A DNA stretch of 61,746 bases, counting the filler, from Malassezia furfur (Eukaryota): NCBI GenBank assembly GCA_052055015.1. It is 2 parts of 2 records of this genome, joined end to end, with 100 filler letters (N's around TTAATTAATTAA, not from the genome) between each part and the next. Parts side by side here need not be neighbours in the genome. Positions count along the whole stretch, not along the records: positions 30,983 to 61,746 come from JBQJIT010000097.1; 1 more part is not named here. The stretch is one strand, 5' to 3'. Under the pieces are notes generated by a model. The model did no database searches, was not told the DNA's origin, and worked only from the letters and a program-made list of their open reading frames with translations. The stretch's first letter is position 1, and each line of letters opens with the position of its first letter. Positions 33,034 through 43,034 of this stretch are shown here, one piece after another. A program made the translations under genes and the position numbers.

Positions 33034-33467
33034 TCACCGGCGAATTGCTGGTGGACGAGGGGGTGCACGGCCGCGCCGGGTCTGAGCTGATGGGTTAGCC
33101 AAAGAGGATACATACCGCGCATGATCGTCGCACGACCGCGAGCAGCGCCGATGCCGCGACCCTTCATGGCGTTAGGACCGACACGCTTGAACATCGGAGC
33201 TTGTTGGAGCATGTCAGGCACAACCATGAATCGAATCATGTTGCCCCGCACGTATACACTGTCGAGATGGCTCTGCTTGCCGTCGCGTCCGGTGACAGTA
33301 ATTTCTTTCATCGTGATGTTGAAGTTGTCCTCGGCTGCGTTAGTTCGGCCCTAGTACACACCATCAAAGAGACGTCCACGGTAGCTCGCGCCACCCTTGA
33401 GCTCGATAGTGATAAAGTGCCCCACCGCCTCATGGAGCAGTTTCACCGGGATGCCCACCGTTCCCAT
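33034..33467 (-). CDS. SMD3: snRNP Sm D3; introns 33335-33361 and 33087-33115
   Basis: GIPVKLLHEA.GH.ITIEL..G..YRG...AEDNFN...VYVRG..IRF..VPDML..APMF, RG-rich tail. Confidence 0.95.
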
Positions 33468-33689
33468 GGCGACCGGTGAGGAACGAGCAAAGCCACGTGA
33501 CCCCGATGACGCGGGCGGCGCGTGGCGTAAACAGCGCGGGCCCGTTGTGGGGCGCGCGCGCCGGTGGTCTAAGCGGATCGGCAACAGACACCCTCCCCCC
33601 CGCCAAAACCCTATAGCGCGGCTTGGCAAGCACACACCCACACACACGCGTGGTCCACTTAATTTATTTTTTGTGCATTCATTGACGCG

Positions 33690-34045
33690 ATGCCCAAGGA
33701 GCCTAAGCAGAAGGTTGCTACCAGCACACGCAAGACCAAGTCCAAGAAGGACCCCGCGGCGCCAAAGCGGCCGCTGAGCGCGTACATGTTCTTCAGCCAG
33801 GATTGGCGGGAGCGCGTCAAGTCGGAGAACCCCGATGCAGGCTTCGGTATGTGCATGGCACGCTGACCCCAGGTGACGTCGGTCGTCTGCTCGGTACCAA
33901 GTGGAAGGAGATGAGCGAGGACGAAAAGAAGCCGTACATCGACATGGCCAATCGCGATAAGGAGCGTGCCGAGGCCGAGAAGGCTGCTTATGCGGTACGT
34001 GTGCATACTGTGTACCCGCAATGCTGACCGCAGAACAAGGAGTAG
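33690..34045 (+). CDS. NHP6: HMG-box non-histone chromatin protein; introns 33847-33872 and 33995-34033
   Basis: [48 protein letters not shown]...KKPY. Confidence 0.93.
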
Positions 34046-34174
34046 GCGTATTTGTGTCTACCCGTGCCATTGCTATCTTTGCGCCTACCGTACGTCGAGC
34101 ACCGAGGCGTGCTTGCGCGGTTACCTCTCGAGCTGTGTATGTTTCCATAATTCGCGCATTCTTTGGGGCGATAT

Positions 34175-35250
34175 CTACTTCCCAAACATGCGGTCCAGCA
34201 GGTCCATGGACTGCTCATACTAGTGTAAGCCTGTTTTGTTCAACGTACCACCGTGAACACGATGCCACCGCTAAGCATCAGACGCGCGAGACGCGGCGTC
34301 GCGCCGCGCCAGAACGCGAAAATGCCCTCGTTGCGTAAGACCTTGCGCATACAGTCTAGTGTTCCGTTGTAGTTCTTGCGCGCCTCGAGCGATTGCATGC
34401 GCGTCTTGACGACACTGCGTTAGTTATTCGTGCGACATACTCAAGAGGCATGGTTGCGTCTGGCGTTAGTCGTAATACGTACAGACAGTCACAATTCCAG
34501 CGAGGGCACCAATCCCAAACGTGATCCCACCGGGGAGCGGCTGACCGGGGCGTGACGAGCCCTGGACAAAGTTGCGCAAAGTAGAATAGGTACCGAAGCG
34601 CACCGCACTGTTGGCGCCCTGGCGGAGCATGACGGGCACCAGGCCGCGATAGATGCCATGCAGGCCCTCATCACGTACAATCGCCATCGAGCCACTGATC
34701 AGGCCGGGCGGGTACTTGGGCATCGCGCGCTTCGCGTCGTCGATCAGCTTGGTCCTGCGGTCAGCGGGGGGACGACGCACTTGATCGTTTCACTAGGCGT
34801 GACTGCAAACACGGCCTCGGTCATGCCTGCTCCCAGTCCGGCAAGCAGGCTGCGCGGGCCAGACAGCTTTCCCTGCGTGAGCGGAGGTACCTACGTCCTG
34901 GTCCTTGAGCATGGACTTGAAATGATCGTACGACAAGAACCGCACGCCCGCCTTCGCATTAGCCAAGCACCTACCTTGAGCGCATTACCAGCAACCAGGG
35001 CACCGCATCCGCTATACAGGCCTGTGATGCCATGCTGCGCGACGGTTTCCTTGACAATGACGAGCGGATTCGGCGGCTGAGTTAGTGTATGACTCACCTT
35101 GGCGCCCGCCTTGGTCGCAAACTGCGACACCGTCTTGGTGTATTCAATCGGGTATGTGGCAAAACCCTCCACGGCACCGGCCAGCGTACCCGAAGCAAGC
35201 GAGAAGATGGAGTTCGTCTTTGCCAATGCGTTGCGCTCCTTGGCCGCCAT
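34175..35250 (-). CDS. CTP1: Mitochondrial citrate/tricarboxylate carrier; 7 introns (35077-35097, 34952-34974, 34873-34894, 34755-34780, 34460-34482, 34415-34440, 34220-34248)
   Basis: Three carrier repeats ([27 protein letters not shown]), [29 protein letters not shown]. Confidence 0.92.
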
Positions 35251-35289
35251 GATAATAGATTATCGAGCGCACACCTCCACCTGGGGACC

Positions 35290-38133
35290 CTAGGGCCTAT
35301 AGGATAGCTCAACGCTCGCTATGGTAGACGTCGAGAGATCAGGCAGTCCCTTGCTGGAGACCGACGGCAGTCGTCTGTCCACATCTCGGCGCACGGGATT
35401 CGGCGTCGAGGCCAACTCGACGCTGGGTGACCCCTGCTGAATCATGCGCTTCGCTGCTTCGCTCGAGACACGCCGCGCGCCGTTGGTGGATTTGGGCTGC
35501 AGCGCGCGCCGGTTAGGCGCATTGCGCTGCGCGAGCGTCTTCCAATGCGCCGTCGCATTCTGCGTACCGCGCTTGAGCATCTGCAGCTCCTGGTCTTTGG
35601 CAGAGAGCGCGAGCGAGAAGTGCATCGCCTCTTTCGTGAGGTTCTCTTTCTGCTTCTCGAGCTTGACCAGCTCCAACCCACGGTGCGCAACATCATGCTC
35701 CAGAGCATGAATGCGTTTCCGCTGGTTATGTATGGTCGCAGTGAGCTCGGCCTCGCTCTCTTGCTTTGCCTTGGACAGGCACAGTACCGCCTCGGCTCCT
35801 TCGTGTACCTGGTTCTCGAGCTCAGCGACGCGCTCCTCCAGCTGCGTCTGCAGCTCGAGCCGCTCAAGCTCTTGGTTGCGGAAAGATTCTTGTGCGGCCT
35901 GTGCATCAGCCTCAGCCTCGTCCAGCATGCGCTCAAGCTCGGCGACGTGCGCTTCCCATGCCTCGCTTTGCGGTTCGGCGGGCTTCGTGTGCAGCGTCTC
36001 AATCTCAGACTGAAGCGAGGCAATCACATCGTCCGCATCTTGTGTACGGCGCTCGAGCTCGACGTGGAGACGGTCGATCTCGGCACGCAGCGCTGCATCG
36101 CCTTCGCTCGCGGCCGCTGGTTGTGCCTGTGCACGGCGCACTTCGGCATCACGCAAGGCAGACTCGCGCGCCACGGCGACCGCATGCGCAATACGCCGCT
36201 CGACTTCCTCCTCAGAGACAGCATGGGCGCTGGGTTGAGCCGCCAACCGAATTTCGAGGTCCCGGCGCTCCATGTCGTGCTGCAGGTGCGCCTGTCTCAG
36301 TTCCGATTGCTCCTGCTCGATGCGGCGCCGCTCGTCTTGGAGCTGGACACGCTCGAGGTCTAGCTGGGCGCGTGCCTGGTTGAAATGCGCCTGCGCGGCC
36401 TCGTGGGCCTCCTGCTCGCGGACGAGCTCGGCGCGTGCTTCCTCCAGTGAGGCACGCTCAGTGTCGCGCGCGTCATCGTCGCGACCCGGCTCTATTGCCA
36501 GCATGGGCGTGGAGGGCAGCATTTGCAGTTGCTCCTCGAGCTGCACCGCGAGGCGCCGCAGCTCTTCGGCAACTGGGGCGTCCGATGTCGGCTGGTGATC
36601 CAGCAGGTTGGTGACGTGCGACTCGAAGGCGGCCAGACGTTCCTGGGCGTGGTGCAGGTTCGTTCGGAGAACCTGGTTCAGCCGATAGGAGCGCGCAAGT
36701 CGGTGCTGCAAAAAGATGGTCCGCTCTGTATGGGTGCGGTCGAGCTGCGCAACGGTCTCGAGCAGCTCGCGCGCATCGACGTTGCCGAGCGAATCGATGG
36801 AAACGAGCTTGTTGGTAAGCTCTTCCAGAGCATAAGGCACGAGCTCACCCGCCTCTTCCTCATCCAGCTCGTCCTTCTCAGTCAGGTAACTAAATTCATA
36901 GACCCCCGGCCAGCCATCTGCGTGTTTGGTCTTTCCCTCAGCCTCTGGCGAATGCAATCCACTGGCATCGGACCGCGGCGTTGCCCACGATGCAAAACTC
37001 GTCATGTAGCTTGCATCTCGATCCGGCGTTGTCCGACGGCTGTGGTGCAACGAGCTCAAACGAGAACCCGGCGTGCCAATACGCGAAAGGGACCGCGACG
37101 TGCTTGTCGGTGTCTGCGCAGCGGACGCAGCAACGCGTGGCTGTTCTTGAGCAGGGGGCGACGAGGCCGCCGCGGGGTGCGCGCGCATTGTAGGCGACGT
37201 GGTCGGTGACGTTGAAAGGCCTGTCTCTCGCTCGCGTAGCGTATCTTGTTGTGTAGAGGGGCTCACTGTAGGCAAGGGCACGGTCCTAGGTTCGACGTTG
37301 ATGTCGTCTTGCTTCTCGACCGCGCCAAGCGGTTCCTCAATCTGCGGCTGTGAAACAGGGGGCGGCGAGTGTGCCGGAGACGTCGATGTCCGTGTTGCAA
37401 AAGAAAAGCTTTGCCGGCTCAGGTTGGGCGGAGGCGATACGGGCGGTGTGGATGTCGATTGCGCAGCAACCGACACCGTTTCTGCCAGCGACTGTGCCGT
37501 CGGCGCGGGTGGCCGGAATGTCGGCGAAGATGTGGGCGCCTCGTGCTCGAAACTGTCTTCGTCTTCTGCCACCTCTGCGAGCCTGGGCGTCGGCGACGAC
37601 AGGGGCGACGTCGATGGGCTGCGTTTGTTCTCGGAGACATGCATTGTTGGATCCCCTGGGAGCGACGAGCTCAAGGGCGACGTAGGCTCTTGCTGAATCG
37701 TGCTCGGAACTGGCCGTGCTCTGACTGTGTCCGGTGCCGGCGCCGGCAGCGCCGGCTTGGCGCCCGGCGTCGTTGGCAGGAGCGGTTCCGAGGTGCTCTG
37801 TGCGAGGCCCGCCAGCGCATCGCCGACCTCGCGCTTGAGGAAGCTCTCAGTGAAACTCATTTCCATAGACATACTCTCCTGCAGGCTCGTGTGCTGCTCG
37901 TCCAAGTTGGACATGTCGGAGAGCTGCATGCTGGCGCTAGCGTCAGCGTCTTTGACAGGATAGATGCTGCTGCCCTGCGACGCGGAGAGCACACTTTCCT
38001 CGCCGGTTTCGTAGATGCGCATACCAAAGCGCACGCTGCTTCCTGTCCCTGGGGTGCGTGGAGAACGCAGAATGCCGGCCTGGCCTTCTGGCCGCGGCGT
38101 CTGCAGCGCGCCATCGCGCCCTGGACTGGCCAT
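35290..38133 (-). CDS. Large coiled-coil protein with an S/T/P-rich N-half; possible spindle-pole-body component
   Basis: 947-codon uninterrupted ORF, heptad-rich E/Q/R C-half, N-terminal GILRSPRTPGT...VRF motif. Confidence 0.7.
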   Translation of the reverse strand: MASPGRDGALQTPRPEGQAGILRSPRTPGTGSSVRFGMRIYETGEESVLSASQGSSIYPVKDADASASMQLSDMSNLDEQHTSLQESMSMEMSFTESFLKREVGDALAGLAQSTSEPLLPTTPGAKPALPAPAPDTVRARPVPSTIQQEPTSPLSSSLPGDPTMHVSENKRSPSTSPLSSPTPRLAEVAEDEDSFEHEAPTSSPTFRPPAPTAQSLAETVSVAAQSTSTPPVSPPPNLSRQSFSFATRTSTSPAHSPPPVSQPQIEEPLGAVEKQDDINVEPRTVPLPTVSPSTQQDTLRERETGLSTSPTTSPTMRAHPAAASSPPAQEQPRVAASAAQTPTSTSRSLSRIGTPGSRLSSLHHSRRTTPDRDASYMTSFASWATPRSDASGLHSPEAEGKTKHADGWPGVYEFSYLTEKDELDEEEAGELVPYALEELTNKLVSIDSLGNVDARELLETVAQLDRTHTERTIFLQHRLARSYRLNQVLRTNLHHAQERLAAFESHVTNLLDHQPTSDAPVAEELRRLAVQLEEQLQMLPSTPMLAIEPGRDDDARDTERASLEEARAELVREQEAHEAAQAHFNQARAQLDLERVQLQDERRRIEQEQSELRQAHLQHDMERRDLEIRLAAQPSAHAVSEEEVERRIAHAVAVARESALRDAEVRRAQAQPAAASEGDAALRAEIDRLHVELERRTQDADDVIASLQSEIETLHTKPAEPQSEAWEAHVAELERMLDEAEADAQAAQESFRNQELERLELQTQLEERVAELENQVHEGAEAVLCLSKAKQESEAELTATIHNQRKRIHALEHDVAHRGLELVKLEKQKENLTKEAMHFSLALSAKDQELQMLKRGTQNATAHWKTLAQRNAPNRRALQPKSTNGARRVSSEAAKRMIQQGSPSVELASTPNPVRRDVDRRLPSVSSKGLPDLSTSTIASVELSYRP

Positions 38134-38217
38134 AGGGGACGTGTTACTTGGACACGCGCACGCGTTTTGTCACGTGCCCTGCCCAAAAAAAAGCTTGCCG
38201 CGTTCCCTCGGACTGCC

Positions 38218-40723
38218 ATGTCGCGGCTCATCGTGAAAGGCCTCCCGCCGTATCTCACCGATGTGCGGCTGCGCGAGCACTTCGCGCAGAAGGGATCGGT
38301 GACGGATGCCAAGCTCATGAAGCGGCCGGACGGCACATCCCGCCGCTTCGGGTTCGTGGGCTATCGCAGTGAGGAGGAGGCGCAAGCGGCGAAGGACTAC
38401 TTTGACCGCACCTACATCGATACCGCACGCATCTCGGTCGCGATCGCAAAGAAGATTGGAGATGAGGAACTACAGAAGCGGAACGAGGCCAAGGCGAAGG
38501 CGCAGCCTGCGGCCACAAAAGAGCTCAAGGCAGAGAAGAAGCGGAAAGCTGAGCCAAGCTCTTCATCCGGTGCGTCGTTCGAAGAGTTTTTGTCGGTGAT
38601 GGCGCCCAAGCTCAAACGCAAGTCATGGCAGAACAACGAGGACCTGGAGGCGGCACAGCGTGCGCCTGCGGAGGAGAAGGAGCAGCCTGCCAAGAGGCCG
38701 AAGAAAAAGCGGGCCGAGGCGGAGGCAGCGCCGACACCGGCGCTGCCCGCTGCGCCGAGCGACCAAGCCGCAGCGGACGAACAGCTGAGTGACCTGGAGT
38801 ACATGCGGCGCCGTATGCGCCACACCGTTGCGGGTGGCGAAGAGCAGAAAGCGTTTGAGCAGTCCGACTCGGAGGCGGAGTCGGAGGCATCCGAGTCCGA
38901 CTCGGAGCCCGAAGAGGTCGCGCAGGAGAATGCGCGGCGGCGCGCCAAGCTGGAGGCAGAACAACGCAAGGAGGAGGAAAACGTCGATACCATTATGCAA
39001 TCCGGCCGCCTGTTTGTGCGCAACCTGCCATTTACGGCCACCGAGGAGGAGCTGGAGTCGTTCTTTTCAGCATACGGTTCTCTGGCACAGGTACGTACAC
39101 TGACGCGGCAGGTGGGTTGCGAGGATGACTCGCAGTATAGGGACAACCGAGGCATGGCCGATGCGGATGTCATACTGGGAAAAACGATAGTAGATATTTC
39201 TGAGGCAACCCACCGCCGCGCATGGTTATCGAGCAAGCTGACCCCAGGTGCACATTCCCCTTGACGCAGAGACCAAGGCGTCCAAGGGGCTTGCGTTTGT
39301 CAAGTACCACGACCCCGCGCACGCGCTGCTTGCCTACCGCGGCCGCAACGGCGCCATCTTCCAGGGCCGACTGCTCCACGTGCTGCCCGCTGTTGATCTG
39401 ACACCCAAGCCCGTGGCGCCTGCGACATTGAAGCAGAAGCGGCACGCGGCGCAGCGCGCCAACGCAGGCAAAGACTTCAACTGGAGCATGCTCTACATGA
39501 ACAGCGATGCCGTGGCAGCCTCGATTTCGGATCGCCTCGGCGTCGCCAAGAGCGACATCCTCAACCCCGAGGACGGCTCGACGAGTGCTGCCGTGCGCCT
39601 CGCGCTCGCCGAGACACGCATCATCCAAGAGACCAAGGAATTCTTCGCGCAGCATGGCATGAACCTTGAGGCATTTGAACGCGTCAAGGATCGCAGCGAC
39701 GATACCATCTTGGTCAAGAACATCCCGTACGGTACTACCGGCGAGGAGATCCGCGCGCTATTTGCCAACTACGGTGACGTGGCACGCGTGTTGATACCCC
39801 CTTCCAACACGATCGCTGTGGTGGAGATGCCCGTCGTGGGTGAGGCACGCACGGCGTTCCGTGCGCTGGCATACAAGCGGTTCAAGGACAGCGTCCTCTA
39901 CCTCGAGAAAGCGCCTGCGGCCTTTTTGCCTGACCACGGTGCCGGCCCGCGCGAGACCATCTCGGGTGTGCAAGGCATCGCGGCGCCCGAGTCGAGCCGC
40001 ACGCTGCTCACGCCCGATGAGCAAGGTGACGTGGCTGCGACGCTGTACATCAAGAACCTGAGCTTTGCCACCACCTCGGAACGCCTCGCCGATGCGTTCC
40101 GTGGCATGGACGACTTTGTGTTTGCACGCGTGCAGACCAAGCCGGACCCCAAGCACGCCGGCGCGCGCCTGAGCATGGGCTATGGGTTTGTCGGCTTCCG
40201 CACGCAGGAGCGCGCACAGGCGGCGCAGCGTGCGATGAACGGCTACCTGCTCGACGGCCACACACTGGCGGTGACGTTTGCTAAGCGCGGCCACGACGCT
40301 GATGATGCTCAGCCGCAGCGTGCGCCGAGCGCCAAAATGCTCGTGAAGAATGTGCCGTTTGAGGCCACCAAGAAGGACCTGCGCGAGTTGTTTGGTGCGC
40401 ACGGCCAGCTCAAGAGCGTGCGTCTGCCGCGCCAGGTGCATGGGCGCACGCGTGGCTTTGGGTTTGTCGAGTTTGTGTCGCGCCGCGAGGCGGAGACCGC
40501 GATGGCCGCGCTCAAGCACACGCACTTGCTTGGCCGGCACCTCGTGCTCGAGTGGGCGGGCGCCGAGGACCACGATGCGGCCGTTGCGGAGTTGCGCGAA
40601 AAGACGCGCAAGGCGTACGTCACCGACGCCGAGCGCTCGCACGTCACCGGCCAGCGCCAAAAGATCCGCATGGGCATGGAGCAGATCAACGACGCGCTGG
40701 CGCAGCCGTCCGACTCGGACTAG
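38218..40723 (+). CDS. MRD1: Multiple RNA-binding domain protein 1 (18S rRNA processing); intron 39091-39248 (158 nt)
   Basis: MSRLIVKGLP...SRRFGFVGY, GRLFVRNLPF, FQGRLLHVLP, NWSMLYMNSDAV, AAVRLALAET, LSMGYGFV, THLLGRHLVLEWA. Confidence 0.95.
39111..39214 (+). ncRNA. snR64: Intronic box C/D snoRNA, snR64-like (LSU rRNA Cm, yeast C2337 equivalent)
   Basis: Perfect 10-bp terminal stem GGTGGGTTGC/GCAACCCACC, C box AGGATGA (39122), guide ATAGGGACA plus D' CCGA complementary to LSU UGUCCCUAU, a second antisense GATAGTAGATA, and D box CTGA (39200). Confidence 0.82.
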
Positions 40724-40756
40724 TGTACGATAGAACCTGTACTTTACACTGCCCAT

Positions 40757-41325
40757 CTACGCATGCTCGGTTGCGAGCTCGTCGGCGATGCTGGGCGCCA
40801 GCGCCGGAAAGGCGGTCGAGAGTGCCGCACAGAGCTCGTCGCGGTATGCCTGCGTGAGTGAGGGCAACGTACGCGGATCGACGCATGCTGTCCAACCGAG
40901 TACTGGTTCTCGCTCGCGAGCCGGTTGATAAAGGTGCGGGTGTGGCTGTCGGGATTGCGTCCGGCGTCGACCAAACTGCGTGAGTGGTGCGTCGACGTAC
41001 TCGACGGCGTCCTTGGGGACGAGCGTATGGATGTGCCCCCTCATCACATCAATGTCGGCGAGACGGCGCACGGTGTGGTTGCTGTGTGAGCTACAGGCAC
41101 GACGTACACCGTGTCGCCGAGCCCCGCGCTGGGCTGCACGTCGGCAGCGCGCGACGCCAGTTCGTAGAGCACGTCGACGACCGCACGCGTGCGCGTCTCG
41201 AGATCGCGGCGCACGATCTCATCAATAGGTAGCGCCTTATCGCGCGTATGGGTGTCGTGCGGCGTGGCGCCTGCGCCGGCCGGCGGCGAAGGCGACGCCG
41301 ACGTCGGCGTCACGGGCGTGTCCAT
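40757..41325 (-). CDS. MED10: Mediator subunit 10; introns 41082-41107, 40976-41000, 40850-40872
   Basis: Spliced VPKDAVDLVDAGRNPDSHTRTFINRLASENQ matches the Med10/Nut2 core motif. Confidence 0.85.
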
Positions 41326-41370
41326 GCGTCGAAGGGCGGAGGCAAAGCCACGTGGCCACTATGTCCGGGG

Positions 41371-42933
41371 CTACGGCCAGTCCTCGTCGGAGTCTTCGAG
41401 CTCGCCGTCGGCGATTTCGTTGGCGAGCTCGCGTTCGCGCTCGCGCGCGGCCGTTGCCGAGGCGAGTTCGGCGCGGTGTGAGTCGAGCGAGTAGCGCATC
41501 GCCTTGACGCTGTCGTTGTGCAGCTGCATGCAGAACTGGATGCGCTGCTGGAGCTGCGCCTGCGGCTCGTTGGTTGCGTAGATATCCACCGCCTCGTTCG
41601 ACACCATGATCGCATTCTCGTGGTCGATCCGGGCATCAATCACGCCATCGCGGATCGCCTTGGCGATAACATACTCCGCGTCCTCCTCCGATTCGAGGTG
41701 CAGCTTGCGCGTGATGTCCGCAAGCGAGATGCGCGAGTAGGCGAGCGAGATGCGCCGGATACCCGTCTTGATGACGTTGTGGCGCAGACGCAGGATCAGC
41801 GAGATGGTCTTGTCGCGGCCAAACAGTTTTTCGTGCTTCTGCAGCGTGCTCTGGAAAAGCGACAAATCGCCCACACGCACCGCCTGCACGATCGGCAGGT
41901 AGGGCGCCAGAGCGCGGCGTAGCATCGGAATGCGGAACACGGAGCGCTCGGGCAGGTCGCCCATGAGCAGCTCGACAATGATCATAAACTTGTACGCCGC
42001 CTGCAAGAAGCCTGCGGCGAGCCACTTGGATGTCTCGGGCGCGTCCTTAGTCTGGCTCTTGGGCGCGAGCAGGCCTTGCTGCGGCGCACGGCGGATCGCC
42101 TGCTGCAGATGGGCGTGCGCGTCGGAGTAGTTCAGCTGGACGGCGCGGATGCGACCGACGTAGTAGTCGTAGCGCGCCACTTGCGGGTTCGACGCATGCG
42201 CACGCGGGAACGGTGCGCGCGCCACAAGCTTGTCCGCCTCGTCGTACATGTTGTTGTCCACAATAAAAATGCGGAGGAGGAGGTTGATCGCCGTGGCGTT
42301 CGTCTCGGCGTCGTGGCGCAACGCCGCCGTGCTCTGCACGCTCGCCAGCACAGCACGCAGCGACGTGTTGGGGTTCGGACTGAGCTCGTAGCAGCGCCCA
42401 TACATAAAGAGCAGCTTGCCGCCCAGCAGGTCGAGCGAACGGCGGTTGTATGCCAGCACCTGGTTGAGTGCACGCTCGCCGATCTCTTTGGCCTTGGCGG
42501 GGTCCTTGCGCTCGTCCAGTACGTACACCATCACAAGCAGTTGCAGATAGGCCGTGATCTCGGGCAGCGCCTCGGGGGCCACCGGGGCCGCCGACGGTGC
42601 TGGGCGTGGCGCCGGGGTGTCTTCCTCCATGGCGTCCGGCTTGCTGGCGTGCTTCTCGGCATAGGCATCGGGCAAGCACGCGAGTAGCTCCTCACGCGCC
42701 GCCGCCGCATCCTTCTCGCCGAGCGTCTCGCGCACGACGAGCGCGAGCACGTCGGCGTCGTGCCGCAGCTGCCGCCGCACGTACAGCAGCGAGCGCATCA
42801 CACGCGCCAAGTATCGCTGCTCGACGTGCGCCACGCTGCGCTGAATGAGCGCAATATTGTGGCGCAACAGCTCGAGGAACTGCGGCTTGCTTGATTCGTG
42901 CGCCGCCGCAGACGGTTGCTTCGCTTCGCCCAT
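41371..42933 (-). CDS. RPN3: 26S proteasome lid subunit Rpn3
   Basis: NRRSLD, TAALRHD, YYVGRIRAVQLNYS, VELLMGDLPER, LRLRHNVIKTG, KAIRDGVI, KAMRY. Confidence 0.96.
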   Translation of the reverse strand: MGEAKQPSAAAHESSKPQFLELLRHNIALIQRSVAHVEQRYLARVMRSLLYVRRQLRHDADVLALVVRETLGEKDAAAAREELLACLPDAYAEKHASKPDAMEEDTPAPRPAPSAAPVAPEALPEITAYLQLLVMVYVLDERKDPAKAKEIGERALNQVLAYNRRSLDLLGGKLLFMYGRCYELSPNPNTSLRAVLASVQSTAALRHDAETNATAINLLLRIFIVDNNMYDEADKLVARAPFPRAHASNPQVARYDYYVGRIRAVQLNYSDAHAHLQQAIRRAPQQGLLAPKSQTKDAPETSKWLAAGFLQAAYKFMIIVELLMGDLPERSVFRIPMLRRALAPYLPIVQAVRVGDLSLFQSTLQKHEKLFGRDKTISLILRLRHNVIKTGIRRISLAYSRISLADITRKLHLESEEDAEYVIAKAIRDGVIDARIDHENAIMVSNEAVDIYATNEPQAQLQQRIQFCMQLHNDSVKAMRYSLDSHRAELASATAARERERELANEIADGELEDSDEDWP

Positions 42934-43034
42934 CGTGACCGACGTCGCTGGCGAAGCGGGCGGCCGCGCGTCGGATGACTAAACAGGGCGGCACGGCGCC
43001 CAGTGGTACTGTACAACGAGTGTATATATCATGG

